Assembly (NCBI RefSeq): GCF_029227855.1
Contig: NZ_CP074356.1
DNA: 64,000 bases
Origin: Escherichia coli
Lineage (GTDB): Bacteria > Pseudomonadota > Gammaproteobacteria > Enterobacterales > Enterobacteriaceae
Direction: 5' to 3' (one strand)
The notes under the pieces are model-generated. The model was given only the letters and a program-made list of their open reading frames with translations, had not been told where the DNA came from and searched no databases. Positions 39,951-56,902 of this stretch are shown here, in pieces. The number at the start of each line of letters is the position of its first letter. Position 1 is the first letter of the stretch. The position numbers were made by a program, and so were the translations under genes.

Positions 39951-40865
39951 ATGGCTGGTTTAAGGAATAATAACAACACACAGAATGCACAGTGGGCTGA
40001 TTATGTGGGTGACATTCTTCGGGGGGCTCAACCGATAAACCAGCTAGTACCTCAGCACCCTTATCTTAACGACGTCCCACTCATTGATGAATTAAGGCGT
40101 CAGAACACTCATCATGTTATTCTCTTGACACTTGATGTTGCAAAAAAAATACTCAACTCAATAACATCATTTGATTACATTCATTTTATCACTACACATC
40201 CTTCAGGTATAAAAGATACACTCGCTTGGTTAGTTAACGCGGGTAAATTAATGACTGAGTTTGATGGAAATGGGAAAATTATATTTAACTTTAATACCTT
40301 AAAGTATACAAAAGCAAGTTACTTTGAAATACTTGGAGAGAAATATATAAAAATTACAACATCCAGCCCCTGGCTTTTAGAAAAGCTCGGTAAATATATT
40401 TTCTCTTCACGAGCGCCTCAAGTTCTGGAACTCGCTATTGGCTGGCGAGGAGCTTTATCTGAATCAATAAAAGGAGTTAAGTTCTGTATCTGGTTTTCAG
40501 TAGCCTGGAGAACCATAGAATTTATTATGAGTTCAGAGCGAGATCTGGTTAATTTTCTTGGTGATTTTTCAATGGATGTGGCCAAAGCAGTGATTGCAGG
40601 CGGTGTTGCAACTGCTATTGGAAGCCTGGCTTCTTTTGCCTGTCTTAGTTTTGGCCTTCCAGTAATTCTTGTAGGAGGAGCAATTTTACTTACAGGGATA
40701 GTGTGTACAGTTGTTTTAAATGAAATCGATGCTCAATACCATTTATCAGAAAAATTAAAAGATGCAATTAGAGATGGACTAAAACGGCAACAGGAACTTG
40801 ATAAATGGAAAAGGGAAAACATGACTCCATTTATGTATGTTCTTAACACTCCTCCCGTGATATGA
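39951..40865 (+). CDS. hypothetical protein with C-terminal glycine-zipper transmembrane region (candidate T6SS cargo)
   Basis: 304 aa from ATG 39951 (RBS GGAGAG); AT-rich; C-terminal AGGVATAIGSLASF...LPVILVGGAILLTGIV hydrophobic segments. Confidence 0.6.
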   Translation: MAGLRNNNNTQNAQWADYVGDILRGAQPINQLVPQHPYLNDVPLIDELRRQNTHHVILLTLDVAKKILNSITSFDYIHFITTHPSGIKDTLAWLVNAGKLMTEFDGNGKIIFNFNTLKYTKASYFEILGEKYIKITTSSPWLLEKLGKYIFSSRAPQVLELAIGWRGALSESIKGVKFCIWFSVAWRTIEFIMSSERDLVNFLGDFSMDVAKAVIAGGVATAIGSLASFACLSFGLPVILVGGAILLTGIVCTVVLNEIDAQYHLSEKLKDAIRDGLKRQQELDKWKRENMTPFMYVLNTPPVI

Positions 40866-40874
40866 GGATTAACT

Positions 40875-41129
40875 ATGCGTTTACATGTTAAATTGAAAGA
40901 GTTTTTTTCGATGTTTTTTATAGCCATATTATTTTTCCCTGCATTCAATGCTTCTTTATTTTTTACCGGAATTAAACCTCTATATTCAATAATAAAAGGC
41001 TCCACGGAAATATTTTATGATTGGAGAATGTTGATTCTATGCTTCGGTTTCATATCGTTTTCCTTGTTAAATATTCATGTAATTTTACTAACAATAATAA
41101 AATCATTCTTAATAAAAAAACAAAGGTAA
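40875..41129 (+). CDS. small hydrophobic protein, possibly the 5' part of a frameshifted membrane-protein gene
   Basis: 84-aa ORF with two predicted TM helices; ends just after an A7 run (41113..41119); ORF 41021..41341 continues in another frame. Confidence 0.4.
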   Translation: MRLHVKLKEFFSMFFIAILFFPAFNASLFFTGIKPLYSIIKGSTEIFYDWRMLILCFGFISFSLLNIHVILLTIIKSFLIKKQR

Positions 41130-41489
41130 TCAATTTCGCCACAGACATAACAATACAGCTAACTCTTATATTTTTACTAATAGCTATCGTAATAGCACCT
41201 TTAATAGCTCCTTTTGTCACAGGATATGTCAATGCTAATTATCACCCCTGCGGTAATAACACGGGGATTTTCCCAGGAGCAATCTATATTAAAAATGGCA
41301 TAAAATGTAATAATGAACATATTTCTCGCAAGGAAGATTAAGCAGTTAAATAATTAAATATTCTAAAACAAACAGTTTTTAACGCCGGATTCCATGTCCT
41401 TTCTTGCACTGTCTTTGTCAGGAACAATTTCTTATGCAAAGAATTTTGTATTATTGCCGCCAGAAATTCCTGGCGGCAGATATAATTTA

Positions 41490-42275
41490 TTATTGATAGC
41501 GGTTAACCAAATCTTTTACCATCGCTTTATAGGTCTTTTGCTTAAGTTGTATGATTTGCTGCTCTGTCATATCAGTCGTACTGGCTTCATTCTTGCCGGG
41601 AAATGGTGGAAGCACTTTATATTCATAATTCACCGGCGACCAGGCAGCCCACTCACCTGTAGCTACATCCACCAGCGTGAATCGCACCAGATAGCGCAGT
41701 GAGATTGTGTTAGTCAGTTTTTCATTTTTATAATCGGACCATACTGTTGATTTCAGTGCAGTGTCATATTTTCCTGTCTGCAACGTATCCTGGTAAACAA
41801 TAATCGCTTTCTGATGGCCTTTTGCCGCCACAAAACGTAATGCCTGCATCCAGTTCATATTTTCAGCACTGGCAACATCCTCGTTCTCATTTTTATCTTT
41901 GTTTTTGTTACAAGTCAGAGGCTTTTGTCTGTCCGGGATACCAGAGAATGTGGAAACAGTATAATATTTTCGCATCTCCTCCTGCATAATGGTTTCCGGT
42001 GCGCGGTTGCCGGATTGAACAAGTATTACAGGTGAATTAAGGGGAACGCGGAACTCATCTCCATCAAGCGCAGCTTGAATATCCTCCTCGGATACGGCTA
42101 GTGTGGTTTCATTACCAAATAAGTCTTTGTCTGTTAGTTGCTGCGGAGCGTTTTTATTAAAATTACTTTGTGTGGTTTGAGCTTTTTTCTTCTTTTCATC
42201 AATAAGAGATTCAGAGACACATCCTGCAAGCAGCGACAATAATACATATATACAACAAACCTTTTTTGAATTCAA
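41490..42275 (-). CDS. yafT: lipoprotein YafT
   Basis: 261 aa with lipobox LLAGC; AT-rich; matches the yafT position next to aspV. Confidence 0.85.
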   Translation of the reverse strand: MNSKKVCCIYVLLSLLAGCVSESLIDEKKKKAQTTQSNFNKNAPQQLTDKDLFGNETTLAVSEEDIQAALDGDEFRVPLNSPVILVQSGNRAPETIMQEEMRKYYTVSTFSGIPDRQKPLTCNKNKDKNENEDVASAENMNWMQALRFVAAKGHQKAIIVYQDTLQTGKYDTALKSTVWSDYKNEKLTNTISLRYLVRFTLVDVATGEWAAWSPVNYEYKVLPPFPGKNEASTTDMTEQQIIQLKQKTYKAMVKDLVNRYQ

Positions 42276-42542
42276 AATCGGACACTCCCTCGTCTGTCAT
42301 AATCATGGTAATGTTTAGCTAACGATTTTTAATTATATACTCCACTTGAATCAGAACAAACAAAAATAATATTAAATATTAATTCATTAAATCAATAGAA
42401 TAATAAAAATTATAACATGGAAATATATTTAAATTGAATGATTCGCTGGTATTATTAAATATTAATGAATGGTCAATCATATATAATTACCACATTTACA
42501 GCATAACAAAATAATTGAACGAAGAAATTGTGGGGTTTAAAT

Positions 42543-42576
42543 ACAAAAAAAACCGCAAAATTAAAAATTTTGCGGT
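42543..42576 (-). terminator. rho-independent terminator downstream of aspV
   Basis: AACCGCAAAA / TTTTGCGGTT stem followed by a T8 run on the minus strand. Confidence 0.6.
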
Positions 42577-42604
42577 TCTCTGAACTCATTTTCATGAGTG
42601 AATT

Positions 42605-42681
42605 TGGCGGAACGGACGGGACTCGAACCCGCGACCCCCTGCGTGACAGGCAGGTATTCTAACCGACTGAACTACCGCTCC
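42605..42681 (-). tRNA. aspV: tRNA-Asp (GTC)
   Basis: Reverse complement reads GGAGCGGTAGTTCAGTCGGTTAGAATACCTGCCTGTCACGCAGG...CCGCCA. Confidence 0.97.
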
Positions 42682-42813
42682 GCGTTGTGTTCCGTTGGGA
42701 ACGAGGCGAATATTACGGATTGCCTCACCCTTCGTCAACGGTTTTTCTCATCTTTTGAATCGTTTGCTGCAAAAATCGCCCAAGTCGCTATTTTTAGCGC
42801 CTTTTACAGGTAT

Positions 42814-43545
42814 TTATGCCCGCCAGAGGCAGCTTCCGCCCTTTTTCTGCACCAGATCGAGACGGGCTTCATGTGCCGCAAGCTCTTCATCTGTCGCAAA
42901 AACAACGCGTAACTTACTTGCCTGACGCACAATGCGCTGAATTGTTGTTTCACCTTGTTGCTGTTGTGTCTCTCCTTCCATCGCAAAAGCCATCGACGTT
43001 TGACCACCAGTCATCGCCAGATAAACTTCCGCAAGGATCTGGGCATCGAGTAATGCCCCGTGCAACGTTCGTTTACTGTTATCTATTTCGTAGCGGGCAC
43101 ATAACGCATCGAGGCTGTTGCGCTTACCGGGAAACATTTTCCTCGCCACCGCAAGGCTATCGGTGACCTTACAGAAGGTATTGGTCTTCGGAATATCGCG
43201 CTTAAGCAACGAAAACTCGTAGTCCATAAAGCCGATATCGAACGCTGCGTTATGGATCACCAACTCCGCGCCGCGAATATAGTCCATGAACTCATCGGCT
43301 ACTTCGGCAAACGTGGGCTTATCGAGCAAAAATTCATCGGCAATACCATGTACGCCAAAGGCTTCCGGATCCACCAGCCGATCGGGTTTGAGATAAACAT
43401 GGAAGTTATTGCCCGTCAGGCGACGGTTCACCACTTCAACGGCACCAATCTCAATGATCTTGTGGCCTTCATAGTGCGCGCCAATCTGGTTCATACCGGT
43501 GGTTTCGGTATCGAGAACGATCTGGCGTGTAATTGCAGTGCTCAT
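42814..43545 (-). CDS. dnaQ: DNA polymerase III epsilon subunit (proofreading exonuclease)
   Basis: 243 aa [19 protein letters not shown]... Confidence 0.95.
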
Positions 43546-43609
43546 AGCGGTCATTTATGTCAGACTTATCGTTTTACAGTTCGATTCAATTACAGGAAGT
43601 CTACCAGAG

Positions 43610-44077
43610 ATGCTTAAACAGGTAGAAATTTTCACCGATGGTTCGTGTCTGGGTAATCCAGGACCTGGGGGTTACGGCGCTATTTTACGCTATCGCGGAC
43701 GCGAGAAAACCTTTAGCGCAGGCTACACCCGCACCACCAACAACCGTATGGAGTTGATGGCCGCTATTGTCGCGCTGGAGGCGTTAAAAGAACATTGCGA
43801 AGTCATTTTGAGTACCGACAGCCAGTATGTCCGCCAGGGTATCACCCAGTGGATCCATAACTGGAAAAAACGTGGCTGGAAAACCGCAGACAAAAAACCA
43901 GTAAAAAATGTCGATCTCTGGCAACGTCTTGATGCTGCGCTGGGGCAGCATCAAATCAAATGGGAATGGGTTAAAGGCCATGCCGGTCATCCAGAAAACG
44001 AACGTTGCGATGAACTGGCTCGTGCCGCAGCGATGAATCCCACACTGGAAGATACGGGCTATCAAGTCGAAGTTTAA
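43610..44077 (+). CDS. rnhA: ribonuclease HI
   Basis: 155 aa [23 protein letters not shown]...; divergent from dnaQ. Confidence 0.95.
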
Positions 44078-44796
44078 GCCTGTGGTTTACGACATTGCCG
44101 GGTGGCTCCAACCGCCTGGCGAATTCGTGGCTTGTTTTTACTCTGTTTCATCGGATTTAGCGTTAAAGGAATAGTCCGTTTCCGGGCGACAATAAGTTGT
44201 AAGCAACCAAGCGCAGGAATATGCGCATTCAATAGTTTTCCACCGTGTTTGTTCCACGGGAGAACGTGGAAACGGCTGGCGTGTAGCACTTCAAAATTCA
44301 ACAAAGAGAGCCAGTCCAGCTGCCGCATCAGAGTAAACATCCGGCTATTATAGGGCGAGGTTTTGCGCAATACCGGCACAAGTTTTCGTAATCCCATTAA
44401 ACTGATGGGATTGAAGCCACTAATCACCAGCCAGCCATCATCAATCAATACCCGATCGGCTTCACGCAATAAACGATGCGGATCGGTGCACCACGGCAAT
44501 GTATGTGCCAGTAGACAAACATCAACGGATTTATCGGCAAAAGGAAGATGAAGTGGGTCCGCCTGCACCTGGACGGGCAGTCCTTGCGCAGAAACATTCA
44601 CTTGATGAGAAACCGCGCACGCTTCGCAATTGATTTCTGCGCTTAAATTGCCAATCTTAAGCAGATGAAAACCATACATTTTAGTGAACCACGGGTTGAG
44701 CTGGCGCTCCAGCGCCTTGCGATAAAGCTCTCCCCAGGGCAAATCGCCCCAGCAATCAGGAGCCACGACAGTTTGAGGGACTCTTGCCGGTTTCAT
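44074..44796 (-). CDS. yafS: SAM-dependent methyltransferase YafS
   Basis: Translation from [10 protein letters not shown]... Confidence 0.85.
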
Positions 44797-44826
44797 CACA
44801 ACCTTCCGTTTCACACTGAGAGGTAA

Positions 44827-45585
<759 letters not shown>

Positions 45586-45656
45586 TAAAACTTTCTTGTC
45601 ATCGGCTCCGTTCGCCGTTATGATCGGTCGTCTTTTAAGCAACTATTGACACACAC

Positions 45657-47015
45657 ATGAAGGCAAAAGCGATATTACTCGCCTCTGTCCTGCTCGTGGG
45701 TTGCCAGAGTACCGGCAACGTTCAACAGCACGCACAGAGCCTTTCTGCAGCTGGTCAAGGGGAAGCAGCAAAGTTTACAAGTCAGGCACGATGGATGGAC
45801 GATGGGACGTCTATCGCGCCAGATGGTGACTTGTGGGCTTTCATTGGCGACGAGCTAAAGATGGGAATTCCGGAAAATGACCGGATTCGCGAACAGAAAC
45901 AGAAATATTTACGCAATAAGAGCTATCTCCACGATGTAACTTTACGGGCAGAGCCGTATATGTACTGGATAGCCGGGCAAGTTAAAAAACGTAACATGCC
46001 TATGGAACTGGTACTACTACCCATAGTGGAGAGCGCTTTTGATCCTCACGCAACGTCTGGCGCCAATGCAGCAGGCATCTGGCAGATCATTCCGAGCACG
46101 GGGCGCAATTATGGTTTGAAACAGACCCGCAATTATGACGCGCGTCGCGATGTTGTTGCTTCAACAACTGCCGCGCTGAACATGATGCAGCGTCTGAACA
46201 AGATGTTTGACGGCGACTGGCTTCTGACCGTAGCGGCTTATAACAGCGGCGAAGGTCGAGTCATGAAGGCAATTAAAACGAACAAAGCGCGTGGGAAATC
46301 CACGGACTTCTGGTCGTTACCGTTGCCGCAGGAAACGAAGCAGTACGTGCCTAAAATGCTGGCATTGAGTGATATTCTCAAAAACAGCAAGCGTTATGGC
46401 GTACGTCTGCCAACGACCGATGAAAGCCGTGCTCTGGCGCGTGTGCACCTGAGCAGCCCAGTTGAAATGGCGAAGGTTGCAGATATGGCGGGGATTTCCG
46501 TCAGCAAGCTTAAGACATTCAACGCTGGCGTGAAAGGCTCCACGCTGGGCGCAAGTGGTCCGCAGTACGTGATGGTGCCAAAGAAGCATGCAGATCAACT
46601 GCGTGAATCTCTGGCTTCGGGCGAAATTGCTGCTGTACAGTCGACGCTGGTTGCCGACAATACGCCGCTTAACAGCCGTGTTTACACCGTACGCTCTGGC
46701 GACACGCTTTCAAGTATCGCTTCACGTCTCGGCGTTAGCACCAAAGATTTGCAGCAGTGGAACAAACTGCGCGGATCTAAGCTGAAGCCAGGCCAAAGCT
46801 TGACGATTGGCGCAGGTAGTAGCGCACAGCGGTTGGCAAACAACAGCGATAGCATTACATATCGTGTGCGCAAAGGCGATTCGCTTTCAAGCATTGCTAA
46901 ACGCCACGGCGTGAACATCAAAGATGTGATGCGCTGGAACAGCGATACTGCGAATCTGCAACCAGGCGATAAGCTGACGTTGTTTGTGAAAAACAACAAC
47001 ATGCCAGATTCCTGA
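45657..47015 (+). CDS. mltD: membrane-bound lytic murein transglycosylase D
   Basis: 452 aa lipoprotein (LVGC) with transglycosylase core and C-terminal LysM repeats. Confidence 0.95.
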   Translation: MKAKAILLASVLLVGCQSTGNVQQHAQSLSAAGQGEAAKFTSQARWMDDGTSIAPDGDLWAFIGDELKMGIPENDRIREQKQKYLRNKSYLHDVTLRAEPYMYWIAGQVKKRNMPMELVLLPIVESAFDPHATSGANAAGIWQIIPSTGRNYGLKQTRNYDARRDVVASTTAALNMMQRLNKMFDGDWLLTVAAYNSGEGRVMKAIKTNKARGKSTDFWSLPLPQETKQYVPKMLALSDILKNSKRYGVRLPTTDESRALARVHLSSPVEMAKVADMAGISVSKLKTFNAGVKGSTLGASGPQYVMVPKKHADQLRESLASGEIAAVQSTLVADNTPLNSRVYTVRSGDTLSSIASRLGVSTKDLQQWNKLRGSKLKPGQSLTIGAGSSAQRLANNSDSITYRVRKGDSLSSIAKRHGVNIKDVMRWNSDTANLQPGDKLTLFVKNNNMPDS

Positions 47016-47033
47016 CAAATCAGATAATAAATA

Positions 47034-47058
47034 TCCTCCGGCATAGCCGGAGGTTTTT
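47034..47058 (+). terminator. rho-independent terminator after mltD
   Basis: CCTCCGGC-ATAG-CCGGAGG followed by TTTTT. Confidence 0.6.
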
Positions 47059-47059
47059 C

Positions 47060-47770
47060 AAATGCGCCTATAAGGCTCTCTTACCAGCCGCGCCCTAACA
47101 GGCGCACACGATCTGACATTTGCATCCAACTTCGTTACTTACGGCCCGTAAACGGGCTGCCCGGATAGGGAATCGATAACTGCTCTCCCATTTTATCCTC
47201 TTCAAGCTGGTGCTTTATGTAATCCTGTATCTTCGCCGTGTTCTTACCCACTGTATCGACGTAGTACCCTCTGCACCAGAACTCCCTGTTCCTGTATTTG
47301 AATTTCAAATCACCAAACTGCTCGTAAAGCATCAGACTGCTTTTCCCTTTCAGATATCCCATAAACCCGGATACGCTCATTTTGGGCGGGATCTCCACAA
47401 GCATATGGATATGATCTGCACAGCATTCAGCTTCCAGAATCCGTACGCTTTTCCACTCACACAGCTTTCTCAAAATACTGCCTATTGCTCTACGCTTCTC
47501 TCTGTAGAACACCTGTCTTCGGTATTTTGGCGCAAAAACTATGTGATATTTACAGTTCCATCGGGTGTGCGCTAAGCTCTTTTCGTTCCCCATTGGGACC
47601 CCCTTTTGATTTCTTGTTTGACACTTGCAGTTGCCAGACCGCAAAGTGTTTTAACAAATCAAAAGGGGTTTTAATAACTGGCTCAAAGCTGAAAGCTTTC
47701 CGGAACCCCCAGCCTAGCTGGGGGTTTTCTGTGCACAATGAAAGGCACCGATTCCCCCGGTGCCTTTTTT
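47060..47770 (-). mobile_element. IS200-like insertion sequence (IS200/IS605 family); boundaries approximate
   Basis: Single Y1 (HUH) transposase gene plus two hairpins upstream of it (47707..47727 and 47750..47770). Confidence 0.5.
47135..47593 (-). CDS. tnpA: IS200 transposase TnpA (Y1 HUH family)
   Basis: 152 aa MGNEKSLAHTRWNCKYHIVFAPKYRR...; HxH motif (ADHIHML). Confidence 0.9.
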   Translation of the reverse strand: MGNEKSLAHTRWNCKYHIVFAPKYRRQVFYREKRRAIGSILRKLCEWKSVRILEAECCADHIHMLVEIPPKMSVSGFMGYLKGKSSLMLYEQFGDLKFKYRNREFWCRGYYVDTVGKNTAKIQDYIKHQLEEDKMGEQLSIPYPGSPFTGRK

Positions 47771-47772
47771 AT

Positions 47773-48543
47773 TTATGCTGCTTTATGTGCTTCTACAATG
47801 ATGATATCACTGGTGAAAGAGCCATCATTCTGCAAGGCAAAATACGTTTTCACCTCTGTCGATGCGCTCTGTTGGTAAATGCGAATAGCGTCTACTAACG
47901 CTTCTGGCGTACGCATTCTCGCGACCCATGAAGAAAATTCCAGCGGTAACTTATCTGTAATTAAATTATCAACTATCAGATTGGCTTCATTGATTAACGT
48001 CAACCACTCACCGCTGGCGTAGTTTCGTACGTGAGAGGTATCGCGTAATGCTTCTACCGTCTGTAACCAGACGTCGCGCACTGGGTGCCCCGGAGACATT
48101 ACGTCCATCACAATCAGCCTACCGCCAGGTTTCAATATCCTATTCACTTCTCGCAGTGCTGCACCAACATCATGCCAGTGATGGGCAGAATAACGGCTGA
48201 TAACAATATCAAATGCGTTATCGGCAAATGGCAGACTTTCGACATAACCCTGGCGGGTGGTGATATTTTTCAGTTGCCGGGCTTCGGCAGCTTGTGCCAC
48301 GACATCCAGCATGTGGGCAGATAAGTCATACGCCACCACCGCGCTCACGTTCTGCGCAGCGACAAAGCTGGCATGCCCTGCTCCGCAGCCCATATCAAGT
48401 ACACTTGCATCAGGATAATCAGCCAGACGCACCGCCAGGCGCTGTAAATCCCGTCCGGATGCATGTACGGTACTAGTCAGATATTCGCTAGCTTGAGAGC
48501 TAAACTGCTTTTCTACGTGGTCATGGTGGGATTGTGATGTCAT
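47773..48543 (-). CDS. yafE: SAM-dependent methyltransferase YafE
   Basis: 256 aa with DMGCGAGH motif. Confidence 0.9.
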   Translation of the reverse strand: MTSQSHHDHVEKQFSSQASEYLTSTVHASGRDLQRLAVRLADYPDASVLDMGCGAGHASFVAAQNVSAVVAYDLSAHMLDVVAQAAEARQLKNITTRQGYVESLPFADNAFDIVISRYSAHHWHDVGAALREVNRILKPGGRLIVMDVMSPGHPVRDVWLQTVEALRDTSHVRNYASGEWLTLINEANLIVDNLITDKLPLEFSSWVARMRTPEALVDAIRIYQQSASTEVKTYFALQNDGSFTSDIIIVEAHKAA

Positions 48544-48620
48544 TGCGCTGTCCTTTTGTTGTTTGAGTATAAAAGGGCAGCGCCAAACGTTGGTCTGCCC
48601 TGTGGCAGACCTGACATACC

Positions 48621-49472
<852 letters not shown>

Positions 49473-49661
49473 CTACTGTTATAGGGATTTTAGCTCACTC
49501 TTTCAACGAGCAATTGTATATTGTTATGTAAGCAAGTGCTTACACCGGTCAGAAATTTGCTCATTATTGAGAACATTAAATCGGATGACATATCACGCAT
49601 CCTGATGGTTTAATGACAAATAAATTCAAAATATCTCATCTATTTTGCAACAGGAGCAAAA

Positions 49662-50576
49662 ATGAAAGCCACGTCGGAAGAACTCGCCATTTTTGTTTCG
49701 GTCGTCGAAAGCGGCAGCTTTAGCCGGGCAGCGGAACAATTAGGGCAAGCAAACTCAGCGGTAAGCCGGGCGGTGAAGAAGCTGGAGATGAAACTTGGCG
49801 TTAGCCTGCTTAATCGGACCACGCGGCAACTTAGCCTGACGGAAGAAGGCGAGCGTTATTTTCGTCGCGTACAGTCAATTTTGCAGGAGATGGCAGCGGC
49901 AGAATCAGAAATTATGGAGACGCGTAATACACCGCGTGGACTGTTGCGCATCGATGCCGCAACTCCAGTAGTGCTGCACTTTCTGATGCCGTTGATTAAG
50001 CCTTTCCGTGAACGCTATCCGGAAGTCACTTTATCACTAGTCTCCTCCGAAACGATTATTAATTTGATCGAAAGAAAAGTGGATGTCGCGATACGCGCCG
50101 GTACGTTAACGGATTCCAGCTTACGTGCCAGGCCGTTATTTAACAGTTATCGAAAAATTATAGCCTCCCCCGATTATATTTCCCGCTATGGGAAGCCAGA
50201 AACGATCGACGATTTAAAGCAACATGTTTGCCTGGGATTCACTGAACCCGCTTCCCTCAATACCTGGCCGATAGCCTGTAGCGATGGACAATTACATGAG
50301 GTGAAGTACGGTTTGTCATCCAATAGTGGGGAAACACTGAAACAGCTTTGCCTGAGTGGCAACGGGATTGCGTGTTTGTCCGACTACATGATCGACAGAG
50401 AAATCGCTCGCGGAGAATTGGTGGCGCTAATGGCAGATAAAGTGTTGCCAGTGGAAATGCCATTCAGTGCAGTCTATTACAGCGACCGTGCGGTAAGTAC
50501 GCGCATCCGGGCTTTTATCGATTTCCTTAGCGAGCATGTAAAAACAGCTCCCGGAGGAGCTGTCAGAGAGGCTTAA
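49662..50576 (+). CDS. yafC: LysR family transcriptional regulator YafC
   Basis: 304 aa with N-terminal HTH ([23 protein letters not shown]). Confidence 0.9.
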   Translation: MKATSEELAIFVSVVESGSFSRAAEQLGQANSAVSRAVKKLEMKLGVSLLNRTTRQLSLTEEGERYFRRVQSILQEMAAAESEIMETRNTPRGLLRIDAATPVVLHFLMPLIKPFRERYPEVTLSLVSSETIINLIERKVDVAIRAGTLTDSSLRARPLFNSYRKIIASPDYISRYGKPETIDDLKQHVCLGFTEPASLNTWPIACSDGQLHEVKYGLSSNSGETLKQLCLSGNGIACLSDYMIDREIARGELVALMADKVLPVEMPFSAVYYSDRAVSTRIRAFIDFLSEHVKTAPGGAVREA

Positions 50577-51376
50577 TCCCATTCAGGAGCCAGACCTTCC
50601 GGGCTAACCAGGCGGTCGTTGCAATCCAGTGCGGCGATCGCTTTTTTATCTTCGGCATCAAGCTGTAAATTTTGTGCCTTAAGATTACTTTCCAGGTTTT
50701 TACGTTTAGTAGAAGAAGGAATTACTGAGTAACCTTCCCCCATAGCCCACGCCAGAATCACTTGTGCCGGAGTCGCATTGTGTTTAGCTGCGATACGAGC
50801 AATAACCTCATCTTTCAGGGCCTTACCATACGCCAGCGTCATATAGGAAGTAATATGGATGCCGTGCTGTTTAGCCCAGGCAACCACTTTACGGTTTTGC
50901 AGATAAGGAGAGAGTTCAATCTGGTTAGTAGCGATGTTTTCAGCACCAACAGCAGCAATCGCTTTTTCCATCAATGGGATCGTGAAGTTGGAAATACCGA
51001 TCTCACGCGTCAGCCCTTGTTTTTTGGCTTCCAGCAGCGCCTGCATAAACTCTTCAACAGAGACTTCATCGTTTGGTGACGGCCAGTGGATTAGCGTCAG
51101 ATCAACATAATCAGTACGCAATTTTTGCAGGCTCTCTTGCAGACTCGGGATCAATTTGTCTTTGCTGAGATTTTCAATCCAGATTTTAGTGGTGATGTAG
51201 AGTTCATGACGTGGCACGCCACTTTCTGCAATCGCCTGACCTACGGCAGCTTCGTTATCATAGATTTGTGCGGTATCAATTGCGCGATAACTAAGTTCAA
51301 GCGCCGTTTTCACAGATGAAATAACAACGTCGTCTTTGAGACGGAAAGTACCTAAACCAAATGCAGGGATAGCCAT
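50573..51376 (-). CDS. dkgB: 2,5-diketo-D-gluconate reductase B (aldo-keto reductase)
   Basis: 267 aa [16 protein letters not shown]... Confidence 0.95.
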   Translation of the reverse strand: MAIPAFGLGTFRLKDDVVISSVKTALELSYRAIDTAQIYDNEAAVGQAIAESGVPRHELYITTKIWIENLSKDKLIPSLQESLQKLRTDYVDLTLIHWPSPNDEVSVEEFMQALLEAKKQGLTREIGISNFTIPLMEKAIAAVGAENIATNQIELSPYLQNRKVVAWAKQHGIHITSYMTLAYGKALKDEVIARIAAKHNATPAQVILAWAMGEGYSVIPSSTKRKNLESNLKAQNLQLDAEDKKAIAALDCNDRLVSPEGLAPEWD

Positions 51377-51498
51377 AATATGCCTCTTTTAATGCTATTT
51401 TCGTTAACTGAGGTGATTATGGGCTTCAGACTGTTGCGGAAAAAGAGCGTAAAATGCAGAGGATTTTTGCGATTCTGGCAATAATAGATATACAGACG

Positions 51499-51526
51499 AA
51501 AAAAAACCTCGAGCGTTAACTCGAGG
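51499..51526 (-). terminator. rrn operon terminator downstream of aspU
   Basis: CCTCGAG-CGTTAA-CTCGAGG stem followed by T8 on the minus strand. Confidence 0.6.
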
Positions 51527-51538
51527 CTTCTTAATAAG

Positions 51539-51615
51539 TGGCGGAACGGACGGGACTCGAACCCGCGACCCCCTGCGTGACAGGCAGGTATTCTAACCGA
51601 CTGAACTACCGCTCC
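51539..51615 (-). tRNA. aspU: tRNA-Asp (GTC), distal gene of the rRNA operon
   Basis: 77-nt sequence identical to the aspV copy at 42605..42681. Confidence 0.97.
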
Positions 51616-51667
51616 ACCGAATTCTTTTACAACCACCGGTTTTATGACCGGCTTACTGCTAAATTTG

Positions 51668-51787
51668 ATGCCTGGCAGTTCCCTACTCTCGCATGGGGAG
51701 ACCCCACACTACCATCGGCGCTACGGCGTTTCACTTCTGAGTTCGGCATGGGGTCAGGTGGGACCACCGCGCTAAGGCCGCCAGGCA
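51668..51787 (-). rRNA. rrfH: 5S ribosomal RNA
   Basis: 120 nt; reverse complement begins TGCCTGGCGGCC and ends ACTGCCAGGCAT. Confidence 0.97.
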
Positions 51788-51878
51788 AATTCTGTTTATC
51801 AGACCGCTTCTGCGTTCTGATTTAATCTGTATCAGGCTGAAAATCTTCTCTCATCCGCCAAAACATCTTCGGCGTTGT

Positions 51879-54783
<2,905 letters not shown>

Positions 54784-54966
54784 TCACAACCCGAAGATGT
54801 TTCTTTCGATTCATCATCGTGTTGCGAAAATTTGAGAGACTCACGAACAACTTTCGTTGTTCAGTGTTTCAATTTTCAGCTTGATCCAGATTTTTAAAGA
54901 GCAAAACTTCGCAGTGAACCTTTGCAGGTACACTCTGAAGTATTTTTTATTTAATCACTACAGAGA

Positions 54967-55042
54967 TGGTGGAGCTATGCGGGATCGAACCGCAGACCTC
55001 CTGCGTGCAAAGCAGGCGCTCTCCCAGCTGAGCTATAGCCCC
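54967..55042 (-). tRNA. alaV: tRNA-Ala (TGC) in the 16S-23S spacer
   Basis: Reverse complement GGGGCTATAGCTCAGCTGGGAGAGCGCCTGCTTTGCACGCAGG...CCACCA. Confidence 0.97.
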
Positions 55043-55084
55043 ATAACATGTAGTTAAAACCTCTTCAAATTTGCGGTGCAAATT

Positions 55085-55161
<77 letters not shown>

Positions 55162-55229
55162 GTAGAGGTTTTACTGCTCATTTTCATCAGACAATCTGTG
55201 TGAGCACTGCAAAGAACGCTTCTTTAAGG

Positions 55230-56771
<1,542 letters not shown>

Positions 56772-56902
56772 AAAAGTTTGATGCTCAAAGAATTAAACTT
56801 CGTAATGAATTACGTGTTCACTCTTGAGACTTGGTATTCATTTTTCGTCTTGCGACGTTAAGAATCCGTATCTTCGAGCGCCCACACAGATTGTCTGATA
56901 AA

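Noticed and set aside
42276-42600. Very AT-rich spacer between yafT and aspV with short repeated ATTAAATATTAAT motifs
   Set aside because: Low-complexity AT-rich intergenic sequence; repeats are short and consistent with composition alone.
51668-51787. Single-base difference in 5S rRNA (GCTAAGG where I recall GCTACGG)
   Set aside because: Probably ordinary inter-operon or strain heterogeneity, and my recalled reference may be inexact.
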